A stretch of 54,151 bases of DNA from contig NC_068998.1 of the NCBI RefSeq assembly GCF_001194135.2, forward strand, positions 1,282,647 through 1,336,797. The letters run 5' to 3'. Of this stretch, positions 37,021 to 49,579 are shown in pieces; positions within the stretch are counted from its first letter, which is position 1; each line of letters begins with the position of its first letter. The position numbers and the translations under genes are program-made. This DNA is from Octopus bimaculoides (Eukaryota). The notes beneath the pieces were generated by a model. The model was not told the origin of the DNA, did no database searches, and saw nothing but the letters and a program-made list of their open reading frames with translations.

Positions 37021-37472
37021 ATATATGTGTGTCTAATGTATATACTTGTGAAACTGTTCATATATATATANNNNNNNNNNNNNNNNNNNNNNNNNNNNNN
37101 NNNNNNNNNNNNNNNNNNNNNNNNNNNNNNNNNNNNNNNNNNNNNNNNNNNNNNNNNNNNNNNNNNNNNNNNNNNNNNNNNNNNNNNNNNNNNNNNNNNN
37201 NNNNNNNNNNNNNNNNNNNNNNNNNNNNNNNNNNNNNNNNNNNNNNNNNNNNNNNNNNNNNNNNNNNNNNNNNNNNNNNNNNNNNNNNNNNNNNNNNNNN
37301 NNNNNNNNNNNNNNNNNNNNNNNNNNNNNNNNNNNNNNNNNNNNNNNNNNNNNNNNNNNNNNNNNNNNNNNNNNNNNNNNNNNNNNNNNNNNNNNNNNNN
37401 NNNNTTATACCCTCACAAAAATATTCAGTGTGTGAGTATGTGTATGAAGTACGTGTGAATATGTGTGTGTGC

Positions 37473-37515
<43 letters not shown>

Positions 37516-37874
37516 ACGTGCAGTTAACCAATGAAGAGGCTATTATAAAGTAAATAGCGAAATTGATTCTATAAGTGTTTGGATGTGTGTGTGTATTTGT
37601 GTGTTAGTATATTGCTCTGTGTGTGTATGTGTGCGCGTGTCGTGTTTATATGTTTGTGTGTGCTTATATGTGTCTGTATATGTATCGGTATGATGGCGTT
37701 TGTATGTTTGTGTGTGCGATTGTGTGTGTCTGTGTATATGTCGGTAAGTTTGAGAAAAGAGAGAAAAGAAATTGTATACACACATACACACACGCACACA
37801 AACACACACACTTTCGCATACATATGCACAGACACACACGCACTGACATGCATAGACCGACACACACATATATG

Positions 37875-37936
<62 letters not shown>

Positions 37937-40528
37937 AAGAAGGAGTGAAGGAGGGAGAGAAACGTACATGGAGAGAAAAATTAATTTCTGACGGAAGTTA
38001 TGTGTGTGGATGAGGGTGTATATATGCTGTACACACACATACACACACATATTTACTTATATGTATATATATGTATATATTATCCTTATCTATAACCATA
38101 TATANNNNNNNNNNNNNNNNNNNNNNNNNNNNNNNNNNNNNNNNNNNNNNNNNNNNNNNNNNNNNNNNNNNNNNNNNNNNNNNNNNNNNNNNNNNNNNNN
38201 NNNNNNNNNNNNNNNNNNNNNNNNNNNNNNNNNNNNNNNNNNNNNNNNNNNNNNNNNNNNNNNNNNNNNNNNNNNNNNNNNNNNNNNNNNNNNNNNNNNN
38301 NNNNNNNNNNNNNNNNNNNNNNNNNNNNNNNNNNNNNNNNNNNNNNNNNNNNNNNNNNNNNNNNNNNNNNNNNNNNNNNNNNNNNNNNNNNNNNNNNNNN
38401 NNNNNNNNNNNNNNNNNNNNNNNNNNNNNNNNNNNNNNNNNNNNNNNNNNNNNNNNNNNNNNNNNNNNNNNNNNNNNNNNNNNNNNNNNNNNNNNNNNNN
38501 NNNNNNNNNNNNNNNNNNNNNNNNNNNNNNNNNNNNNNNNNNNNNNNNNNNNNNNNNNNNNNNNNNNNNNNNNNNNNNNNNNNNNNNNNNNNNNNNNNNN
38601 NNNNNNNNNNNNNNNNNNNNNNNNNNNNNNNNNNNNNNNNNNNNNNNNNNNNNNNNNNNNNNNNNNNNNNNNNNNNNNNNNNNNNNNNNNNNNNNNNNNN
38701 NNNNNNNNNNNNNNNNNNNNNNNNNNNNNNNNNNNNNNNNNNNNNNNNNNNNNNNNNNNNNNNNNNNNNNNNNNNNNNNNNNNNNNNNNNNNNNNNNNNN
38801 NNNNNNNNNNNNNNNNNNNNNNNNNNNNNNNNNNNNNNNNNNNNNNNNNNNNNNNNNNNNNNNNNNNNNNNNNNNNNNNNNNNNNNNNNNNNNNNNNNNN
38901 NNNNNNNNNNNNNNNNNNNNNNNNNNNNNNNNNNNNNNNNNNNNNNNNNNNNNNNNNNNNNNNNNNNNNNNNNNNNNNNNNNNNNCCACCTCAATGTCTC
39001 TCTTTCTCTCCCTCTCTATCTCCCACTCTCTCCCTCTCTCTTTCTCTCTCTGTCCTGGGATGTTTACCTTGCACTATGTTTCACACACTGAGCCAGTTCC
39101 AATGAAATATTTATTATTAATAACTCTCTGTGTCTCAGTGAAGTTTGAATGCTTTGATGGTCGCCCCCACCCCACCGCCACTTCCCCCTCGGCCCTTGTA
39201 ATAAACTCGGTAGATTTCTTTCCTCGGTGGTTTCATTCCCTACGGTCAAGAAGCGAGATGGAAAAATCTGTTATTACTTCTTTTTTTTTTTTTTTGCTTC
39301 ACAATTCCAGGAAAATGAAACATTGCAAATGGTGGCTGTCAAACTCATTCAATGGATTTTTGCTTTTTTTTTTAAATCTAAACATACGTCATAATAACCC
39401 TTCCTGTAGATTTGATATTTCTAAGTAGATCCAGTCGAATTACAGAGAAAGAAAGAAAGACCGTCGGCCGGCCTTGAATTCAGCCCAGATATACAAATGT
39501 GTATGAGAGAAGAGAAATAGCAAAAGTTAATGTCAGAAGGGGTAATGTAATTAGCACCGAGACTATTAAATTAGATATATGTAATACATATTAAAGCAGT
39601 TCTATAGGAGGAATAGAAGTAAATCAGCCATGGAAATACTTAGTATGAAATGAAATTAAAAGTACAACACACAGAAATGAGAAAAGATATTAGGGAATTG
39701 TCAGACAAATGTTTACTGAATTCAATGATAAAAATAAAATAAGGCGATGAGTATAAATATGATATCCATCTCATTTATAAACTGTAGCTCCAACATAATT
39801 ATTTAGAAGTGGAATGGAGAGCTTCAACATAAAAATCAAGAAACTACAAACCATTAACAAACACCGTAGCTGAGAGGGACGGAATCTATTTCGTGCACGC
39901 ATAAAGAAGACAAAGCGTGATGCAAATAGAAAACTATTACAAAATAACAACAGTAGGTTTCGAAAATATTTTAAAACAATGAAAGGGAAACTAGTTAATG
40001 CGGTAAGGAAACATGATGAAAATGAGAAAAAAAAAATTCTTATATATAGGAGCAATGATAAAGTACAAACTGAAAGAAAATATTTTAGATTTGCGGAAAA
40101 CAACTGAAATTGTTAAAAATGAAACAAAAGACAAACTGAAAACGGAATTCCAAAATATAAGATTGAAAAACGGGAATAAATACCACTCCATAGTTTGCCA
40201 TTTTTTTCATCCCAAAATATCGTTAGGGAAGGAATTTGGGAAACTATCGCAGTTGATGGGTCATGAAATGGAAATAAGCAAACTATAAAATACCAAAGTA
40301 CAATCAAAATCTCTGATAACTGGGACACTAAATAGAATAATTAAGGTGAAGAAAAACATTATGGTGAATCAGGCAGAGCTTACAACGTACATTTCGCTTG
40401 TCGTATTTCTGCTGGGAAGAATTCGCATCCAACATTTGTCTTCGATGGTACCACTCGTCTGAGTACTCTCAATGATGTAAATCATCTCTCTCTCTCTACA
40501 TACACGCACACACACACGCGCACACACA

Positions 40529-40584
<56 letters not shown>

Positions 40585-40842
40585 NNNNNNNNNNNNNNNN
40601 NNNNNNNNNNNNNNNNNNNNNNNNNNNNNNNNNNNNNNNNNNNNNNNNNNNNNNNNNNNNNNNNNNNNNNNNNNNNNNNNNNNNNNNNNNNNNNNNNNNN
40701 NNNNNNNNNNNNNNNNNNNNNNNNNNNNNNNNTATACATACATACATATATATATACATATATATTCATAAAGATAGATAGATAGATAGATAGATATATA
40801 TATATAGAGAGAGAGAGAGAAAAAAAAAAGAGAGAGAGAGAG

Positions 40843-40914
<72 letters not shown>

Positions 40915-41316
40915 AGCCTGGTTAGTTTGATTAATGGTTTATATATGTGGTTGGCTGCAGTTGAGAGATTTTCTGGTTGATGACAGTTTGCTCAATATTT
41001 TTGTTTTCTTAATTATTTGCTGGATTTCACAACAGTTCAGTCAACCATCAAATATGCGGCTTTATTTGGTTGATAATTATGAGTAAATTCTTTATTAAAC
41101 TTCATTGATTTGTCTTATCGATGAGTCACTTTGTTAATTACATACCTGGATATATATATAATTTATGATACTATACAGGTAATTACATCAGTGTATATAA
41201 TGAATAATTTACGCAGCGGTTACACGGCTGTATATTATCTGTGGAACATAAAGTTATGTTATCAACAACGCTACACAATTCATCGCATGCCTGTTTATTG
41301 TTACCTCTATGTTGTC

Positions 41317-41529
41317 AGGCGGCAAGTTGGCAGAATCGTTAGCACGCCGGGCAAAATGTTCCGCGACGTTTTATTCGTCAATACGTTCTAAGTTCAAATT
41401 CCGCCGAGGTCAACTTTGCCTTTCCTCTTTTCGGAGTCGATGAAGTAATTACCAGTCGATGAATGGGGTTGATGTAATCGACTGACGCCCTTCCTCGAAC
41501 TTGTTGGCCTCGTGCTAGAATTTAAAACC
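41317..41529 (+). mobile_element. SINE family A, near full length
   Basis: aggcggcaagttggcagaatcgttagcacgccgggc...aagttcaaattccgccgaggtcaactttgcctttcctcttttcggagtcgatgaagtaattaccag; the body resembles the Deu/Nin-type conserved SINE motif (from memory). Confidence 0.9.
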
Positions 41530-41600
41530 ATTCTTATCTGCATGTTACGTGGCTGTTTAATATCAATAGAGTTATTTTGTTCGTTACACCTTCCTGTATA

Positions 41601-41704
41601 AGTCTAAGACCTATAGTAGAAGACACCCAGGGTGCCACGCTGCGGTACTGAACTTGAAACTATTTGGTTAGGAAGCAAACTTCTTACCACACAGCCACGC
41701 CTGC
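41601..41704 (-). mobile_element. SINE family B, 5' half
   Basis: ctatagtagaagacacccagggtgccacgc...cttcttaccacacagccacgcc is the reverse complement of the family B head. Confidence 0.85.
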
Positions 41705-43212
41705 ACCTATAGTTACATCAGTATATGATGTCAAGAGCATTATACAGTCCGTTATATAAATGTTTCTTTGCCGTTTTAATATATCTGTATGATGTATTAA
41801 TCGATCGATCGATCCAATTTTGTGATCAGATATTTATTTATTTTATTTTACTTTATATCGTAATTTGTTATCAATAGTCACTAATTACTGGCTTCCAATA
41901 GCATAATTCATGATTCTCTGCTTTTATACGATTACATTCCCATGAAAGTGCCTGTAAATCGTTGCAGAACAAATATGGAATAGGCTTCAGTCGAAAAGCA
42001 CCATTTTCTCTTCAGTGATTTACACCCTTCGTCGTTATACGCCATAGAAAGATATACACAAACAATTGTATACACTCATACACACACATATATAGTTAAA
42101 TTACATTCATATACATACACACAAACACACATATATTTCAGGAAGATATAATTCCTATTTCTAGCACACTAACAACCACATAGAGGTATAGGCGTTCATA
42201 TTGCTTATTGCTTCATATGGTTATTTTATTGGCTTGTTGATTGGTTTCCTTGTTGGTTAACTGTTTATCTACTTCTTAATTAGTGAACCAATTGGCTGTT
42301 CAGTTTCTCACTTGATATATTCAATAATTAACTGACTCTGATGTTTGAAACAATCAGTATACAGGCCATAGCATACGGCTGTCGGCGGGAGAAAGTTTAT
42401 AAGCTAGATCAGCCATCTTTTGCAAATGGTGGCTTTACAGAATTCCATAAATCGCCGGCCATTGCAGCAGAATCGTATTTAACAGCTTGTAGTATTGCGA
42501 TAGTAAGAATATTTTATAGTTGTGTTTAAGTGCATTGTAAAACCAGTGGCGGGGCGGGCAGGGGAGGTGAGGCAGGAGGAGGTTTAAGTGCAGCAATATG
42601 AATGGAATGCATTTAAAATCCAATTGACAGTTGTCACCATTTCCTTTGTAAATGTAAAAATAATGGGGGGAGGAGGTAGTGGTATGGTTTGGTCGGTTTG
42701 GAGCAGTGAAGCGAAGCCCTTCAAACTCACCAATTCCATCTCATTTCGAACTTCTATCCAATAAAACCATAATTCTCTCTCCCTTCCACTCTCTCTCTCT
42801 TTCTTTCCTTCTCTCTCCCCTCCACTGACTTTCTCCTGGTCTCTCTCTCTCTTTCCTCTTTCTCTCCCTCTCCGTAGCTCCATCTTCCAATATCGTCTGC
42901 TATTAAAACATTGGTTTTTAACATCTCTTCTCGTAGTTGTTTTCTCTTAAATCAATTATTTCGCCATTTCTTTCATTCTTCCTTTCTTTTAATACTGTCA
43001 CAACCCTACCACCACCACCACCACCATTAGCATCACCATAGCACTGGGCCCTGACCAATGCTGCTGTTACAGCAATCGCTACCTTATCAATATTATTCTC
43101 TTCCTTACTAACAACACACACACACACACACACACACATTCAACACTATCTCCTCCACCATCACCGCCATCACCACCATCACCACAGCCACCACCACCAC
43201 CACCACCACCAC

Positions 43213-43337
43213 AGGCAGCGAACTGGCAAAAATCAACAGAACTTGGTATTTGCTCCAGCTCTCCGTGCTTTGAGTTCAAATCTCCCTAAAGTCAACTTTA
43301 TCTTTCAATCTCAAGGGTCGATAAATAAAGCACCATT
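43213..43337 (+). mobile_element. SINE family A, degraded 5' and central part
   Basis: aggcagcgaactggca...gagttcaaatctccctaaagtcaactttatctttc...gggtcgataaataaagcacc. Confidence 0.7.
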
Positions 43338-43414
43338 CCAGAATTTGAATCCTTGAATGGTAGACATAATCTGTTACACCACCACCGCCACTATCACCAT
43401 AGGTTTGTGATCCA

Positions 43415-44137
43415 TTAACTTTTTGAATTCACATTTTCATAGAATACTTTAACTGCAGGTTCAATCCCATTTGGTTCTTGTACGCGTCATATTTCATATT
43501 TCCTAAAAGCAAACGTTCTTTTTCATTTGGCAACTATTTTTTCCGATATCCCAATCTTATGTGCAGTATTTTCTAAGAGAGACTTCACTTCAAGATAGTT
43601 CTCACCAAACCAATCTCAAGGCTTAGGATGAAGTATTCCGAGTAATTCGAAAGAAGTAGACCTTGTTGTTGCTATGAGGTTCCCTGCCTCTGCCAAGATT
43701 GTTCAATGTATTCCGGTAAATTTATACTTAACAGTTTCATGTAATTTATCTCAGAGTTCGCGGTTCTTCTCCACAATTTTGAATGACCTATCGTTTATAC
43801 ATCAAGGAACTTTGATATTTTTATGGTTTTCTAAAATTCTGAACGATATTTTGAAGCTTAACAAAGAAATTATCTGACTTCCAACAAATAGTATGGAATG
43901 AACGAGTTCAAAGTATATTTTTTGAAATGTTTTCTGCATATAGAATAATCAATTAAATGCCAGTGCATGGGCCGAGAATAGTTTTTGGCTATTGAAAGCT
44001 TGTGCTGATGGAAGATGAAAATTCTTTCAAAAAAGCAGCAGATACAACCCATTGATATTTATATTTCATGCACTATGTTTACCAACCACACTAGACCAAT
44101 TATCAGAATCGGTTGCCCCCTTGGCACCATAAAATTC
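43415..44137 (-). other. 240-codon frame interrupted only by TGA (9 times); open if UGA=Trp; unknown protein with a C-terminal HTH-like motif
   Basis: Codon-by-codon reading: no TAA/TAG between TAA 44138-40 and TAA 43415-17; TGA at 44066, 44027, 43949, 43802, 43751, 43703, 43616, 43523 and 43487; motif TAHKIGISEKIVAK[TGA]KRTF. Confidence 0.4.
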
Positions 44138-45304
44138 TTACATGATTCTAAATTTGTACAATTTCAGTTCTATATTTGATAAAATTAATCCCTGAAAGGC
44201 GTGGAAGAATTTATTAGATTTTGGACGAAATTTATTCGTGAGAACAACCGTGATTACAGAGAAAAACTGTGATTCTGAGGGTCAATACGTTTCTGCAGCT
44301 GATTTTTCCGTAGCAACCTAAAATCTCAACAGCTTTCCCTGTCCGTAATTCATCTATTTAAAAGCAATCTTTAGCGGTCCCTTATAAAATAAGCTTGAAG
44401 GAATTATTCAGTTCTTAAATTATCAATAATTAAATTAGATTTTTTTTTAGTAACGAAGATAAAACATATGAATCAAACTTCCAAATTTTCTTTGCAGATT
44501 AATTCTATCATATTTAGAGAAATAAACAAGTAAAATTTAAAAATTTAAAACTTTAAAATTACACAAGGACTTTATAAAGATAATGCGTGTGAGTGTGCGT
44601 GAGCCTGTACAAGTGTATGCTTGAATGTGTGAGTGTGTGTGTGTGTGTAAGTGTGTGTTTGTATAGTTATAAACATATTATTAATGTGATTTAAAATTAC
44701 TACATTATGGGGATAGCAATTAAGTTGTTAATGATGTAATACATCAATTAATTAGCTCAGATACTCTAGACTTTTTCTAGATTTTTTTCTCTGTTTCCGT
44801 TTTTATAATAAAACACGGAACTCCTTGCTTCCAACAATTGCAATACAGTGATTCTAAAGAGTTTGATCTGACTAAAGGACAGGAAGTTACTTGTGGTAAT
44901 TTATAATGATGGCTTGTTTCGATGAGACGGCTGACGCCTCTCACTTTTAAATTGTGAAAAACCATATATTTTTTTTTTTTTACCTAATGAGTATAACACG
45001 ATAATTAATACAAAGTCTGAATGTTAACGATCATTATTTCACCAGGTTCTTTATTTTCAAGACGGTTCATAGCCCTGATGGATAAGACTTACTGCAGCTG
45101 TGACTATCCCGCCTCTCNNNNNNNNNNNNNNNNNNNNNNNNNNNNNNNNNNNNNNNNNNNNNNNNNNNNNNNNNNNNNNNNNNNNNNNNNNNNNNNNNNN
45201 NNNNNNNNNNNNNNNNNNNNNNNNNNNNNNNNNNNNNNNNNNNNNNNNNNNNNNNNNNNNNNNNNNNNNNNNNNNNNNNNNNNNNNNNNNNNNNNNNNNN
45301 NNNT

Positions 45305-45370
45305 ATAGACCTTGAAAAAAGAAAAAGCAACGTTGACTTCAGAGGGATTTGAACTCCGAACACAGAATAT
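45305..45370 (-). mobile_element. SINE family A, short degraded fragment
   Basis: gcaacgttgacttcagagggatttgaactccgaac resembles the reverse-complemented B-box region. Confidence 0.55.
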
Positions 45371-45629
45371 CTTCTTATTTCCAATATTTCTTAGTTTAAA
45401 ATTTACCAGGACAGACATTCCTATTCAGCGCTCAAATTTAGATGAATAAGTACCAGTAATAACTTGATATCCAACATATCGACAATTTCCGTCCGCCCTA
45501 CACGAAAGGTCTTCTACCTCACTTAAAGAATTCATAATAATCATATCCCCCTCACACACCTGCTACCACTTTTTTCTGTTGAGAATTTGGAGTGGAATGA
45601 TGGAAATTTCTAAAAGAAATTCATTTTCC

Positions 45630-45681
<52 letters not shown>

Positions 45682-46015
45682 TAATAAAACAACAACAATA
45701 ATATAGCAAAATCGTAGAAAAAAAACAAAAAATTAAAATTGAATTCGATTTTGATTGATGAAACACGAGCACACCTTACAAAATAATAATGGTTTGTATT
45801 TTTTATTCTTCAGCAACAAAATTCAATTAAATTTTTTTTTCTTCATTTCTTTTTGACTAAATTAATAAACAGAAGAGAGACAAGACTTTATAAACAATAA
45901 CAACCAACAAAAATATCTAAAAAAAAAAAACGCACAATTTACAAGTGTTCGCCATCTTGTTACAAAAGGTGATGATTGAAAAATTTCTATCGTTTTTCAC
46001 GTCCCAGAAATCAAA

Positions 46016-46101
46016 ATGAAAATTTTAGTATTGCTGTTATTGTTGTTGTTTGTTGTATTGTTTTTGTCTTTATTAATGGTGCTGACTAAAGCGAATGGCG
46101 A
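46016..46101 (+). CDS. Candidate first coding exon encoding a signal-peptide-like sequence
   Basis: CAAAATG context, upstream acceptor ttttcacgtcccag, MKILVLLLLLLFVVLFLSLLMVLTKANG, donor GA|GTGACT; the h-region partly derives from (TTG)n low complexity. Confidence 0.2.
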
Positions 46102-46686
46102 GTGACTTTGAAGTTAATTAATATTAGAGGCAGAAAAAAAAATGAAGTTGCAGGATTATTTCTTACTAAATTGTTTGTCACCAACTCTGTAATAAAATCA
46201 AGTCAAGTGATAAATTTGCCCTTCACAGTGTCCATATTTTATTTTATTTTATTTTATTTTATTTTTTCCAATCTGTGTAAGGATTCGTTTGTGAATGAGA
46301 AACTGTAGAGAAAGATATTAAATAGTAAGTAGAAGTCCAGTATAAAACGGATCATGACAGACTTGTTCTTTTTGGCGCCTTTTTAACGATCCTAGACAAT
46401 AAGTGAAGAGAGTAGCGAGTAAGGTGGAAAGTTCAGAGAGATGGAGACACAGAACTTTTCCCAACACCGCCCACCTCAGAATATTTCACACGAGGCCTTT
46501 CAATAATAAAATTATATTTTTTGTAATAAGATAGCTACAGATGACACACTGTATGATGAATAATGGACTACAATCCAACAGATGAGGGTTCGTACTTTGT
46601 CAGTGACAGTGAGTTGAGGTAATAGTTGAAAAAAATATTTTCTCAAAAATTTGTTATTGGATGTTCGGTTTGTTTATAGCTACAGG

Positions 46687-46973
46687 TTATGTTTGATATG
46701 TGATGTGAAACAGTCTATCAATTTTAAGCATATCGGCCTCTAATAAGCAAAAGATGGTTTCTAGCTTTTCAATATAGGTTTCAAAAAAAAAACCCTTTAA
46801 AGTCTGGTTTCCATGAAATGTAAGAGACAAAGTATAAGACTTTTCCCTGGAGAAAACGACAGTCCTTCGTAGGTTTAACTCCTGGTGGAGTGGACTGGTA
46901 CACCGTGAAGTGAAATGCTTTGCTCGCATTATCGTCTTGTGTACATTTGAATATAATTCGGTGAGAGTGTAAT
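46687..46973 (-). CDS. Candidate (terminal) exon of an unknown protein
   Basis: Long polypyrimidine acceptor ttttttgttttatttgtaacattccag|AT; phase-1 frame open for ~95 codons, YTLTELYSNVHKTIMRAKHFTSRCTSPLHQELNLRRTVVFSREKS...; no homology recognised. Confidence 0.25.
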
Positions 46974-47743
46974 CTGGAATGTTACAAATAAAACAAAAAA
47001 AAAGGATACTTGTTGTCAAATCACCTGAATAATGGTAAGAAGAGAAGGAAGAGAACCGCTGTTCATCAATTCTCAACAGTGAAATCTATTCTCCGAGCCA
47101 TTGGCTATCTGTTGTCTTTTCATCGTCAAATACGTTATATTGTTTGTTGCTCGGTCTACGTAGCTGTAAATAAGTGCTACACACACGTGCTACGTTATCT
47201 ACTACACACGTCTATATACAAGAGCCACATTATCTTACAGTTCCGCATTCAACTACTCCTATGGTTACAGTCGACACTGAAGGATACTGGTAGAGGTGAT
47301 ACAAAGCATGCAGTTGTACACGGATACATTTTCATGCATTCCAGCCGTTATCATCCTGTCGTAATATATTTAGAATATCAGTTTCCAACGTGTCCTTCAA
47401 GATGTTACGGTGTATGATTTGAGGCAGATTTAGCTGCAATTTCTAGCAGAGCTACGTAAAAGCTCCCTCGATGTTGTTTTTTGTTATTGTCTAACGCATT
47501 GTGCATTCCATTGATCAAAGGCGTTCCATCCGTGTACCTTCCATTATTTTGTATGTTAAAGACCATTTGTTCAATATCTTTCTTTTTATGACATTAGAAT
47601 ATATTTGAGGGAAATTGGGTTGTTATTCCTAGCAGAACGAAGGGGCGTGTACAGGCTTCTGTGGTGGCTAGCGTGAAGGCGAGTAAGGTGGACTCGGTCG
47701 GGTGCGCCACAGTTGGAGCGCAAAATGTATAAAACTACCAAAT

Positions 47744-47789
<46 letters not shown>

Positions 47790-49061
47790 CTGATGTGAAA
47801 AAATGGCAGCCATAAAATGAAATCGTATATTTCAGCTTTAAGTAAACTGTTTGAAGCGAAACGGCCAACACGTTCTCAGTGAAGTGTGTTAGGTTTATGT
47901 CTGTCATACACAAAAGCCTCACGTTGCCCACCAAACACGCCATGACTCCATGTAATGGTGACTGTTCTCAACAATAACCAGCTCAGAAATATGACTTGTT
48001 AGAACCCCAGGTGGCAGCATTGTCACGATTCTGACACCACCATTTATTTATTTATTCATTTGTTTTCTATATCTGTTTCATATTTTTGGCTAACCATGAC
48101 TTCTAGGTCTTTACAAACTGTTTAAAATATTTATCTATTCTTGGCTGTATTTCATAAAGAGATAGATTATTTCGGACAGGGGGCGTTGCAAAGATAAATG
48201 TCCGACCAAATATATGTATTTACATGCATGGGAATATAAGTAATTTATGTGTGTGTGTATTTATAATTATATATATATATATTTATATTCATATATGACA
48301 TAGTAGATTTTTATGACCTGTTCGTTGATCATCGTAATTTGTTCCTTACCGTCTGTTGTAATGTAATACTGTCTATTTTATTTATAAAACACATAAATTA
48401 TTTTATGTCCTGCTGGACTGGCAGAGTTGATGATTCTAACTAAAGAGGAGTAATCAACAAATATGTTCCGCATGACTGCAACAGGAAAGTTTAAAAAACA
48501 AAAATATGAGTAGCTGGCCCCGAACTGACCCTTGAAGAGCACTTAAACGATCGTTTATCTCTGATTTCTGAATTTATTCATTTTTTTCTTGTAGAATCTC
48601 CTGATCAGGGTTCTTCCTGAAATGTCATAATTTTCAATGCAAATGGCAACGGTTCCCTTTGACGAAACACTTGGCAGAACTCAAGACATCTGCAGTCGAT
48701 GTTGTTGTCATTGATATTGCACAAGTAAATAATCTGAGTCTTCCCTTTTCTGTTAGAATTCAGAAAATATGTACATTTAGTAGTAAAATCTCTCGTGTTC
48801 TCTTATTTGATTCTACTTATTTATTTTCGATTGAATATATTTTTCTTTATCAAAAAATTGGAATTTTGGAAAATAAAAGTTTTTCGCAACCGCAAATTTC
48901 CGTTTTTGTTTACGTATGATTAAAATAAAATTCAAGAAATTTAACTGTTATTTCTAGCATGTGGAGAGACTTTTTAGAGACATGCTTCACTGCATGTACT
49001 GGTTCAAAATCACCTACGCATGCGCAAATGAGCGAACGAGTTTAACAACATCCGGAATATT

Positions 49062-49268
49062 ATTTTCTACTCTATGCACAAAGCCCGAAATTTTGAGGGG
49101 AGGGGACCAGTCGACCCCAATACGCAACTGGTACTTAATTTATCGACCCCGAAAGAATGAAAGGCAAAATCGACCTCGGCAGAATTTGAACTCGGAACGT
49201 AAAGACAGACGAACTACCACTAAGCATTTCGCCCGGTGTGCTAACGCTTCTGCCAGCTGGATGCTTTA
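49062..49268 (-). mobile_element. SINE family A, full length, with a 15-bp target-site duplication
   Basis: aacatccggaatatt at 49047-49061 and 49269-49283 flanks a complete head-body-tail copy. Confidence 0.93.
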
Positions 49269-49579
49269 AACATCCGGAATATTGGTGTGGATGGGAGCGG
49301 GGTGAGAAGGAGCGTCAACTGGTTTTTAAGAAATTGAAATTTTAGAAATAAACCTTTTGTCCATATTTTCCTACATGGAATCCAAAAATATTTTTTACAA
49401 AAAAGTGAAAAACGGAAAAATTGAGAGGGAGATGAAAATTTTGAAATGCCGAGTTTTTTGTCAGAATCGGAACCTCCGTTAACAAAAACATCGGAATCTG
49501 TAAAAAAAATTATAAAATAGTGGGTGAGGTGCTTATTGTGCACCTCCACCAAACATACAACCGGGGAGGTTTCGTTCGG

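Noticed and set aside
39800-40290. Lys-rich frames joinable through a poly-A slip (~165 aa)
   Set aside because: An A-rich strand naturally lacks stops; no recognisable motif.
39323-42434. Exact 15-mer ttgcaaatggtggct at 39323-39337 and 42420-42434
   Set aside because: One such match is roughly expected by chance in this much AT-rich unique sequence; the flanks do not align.
44010-44060. Plus-strand SFKKAADTTH resembling the RT motif DFxKAFDxVxH
   Set aside because: An isolated short match with no other RT motifs in the flanking frames.
8615-47812. Scattered YY1/Pho-like GCCATNTT motifs (e.g. 11959, 27877, 45950, 47801) near GA repeats, suggesting Polycomb response elements
   Set aside because: The motifs are short, not tightly clustered, and GA repeats are ubiquitous in this genome.
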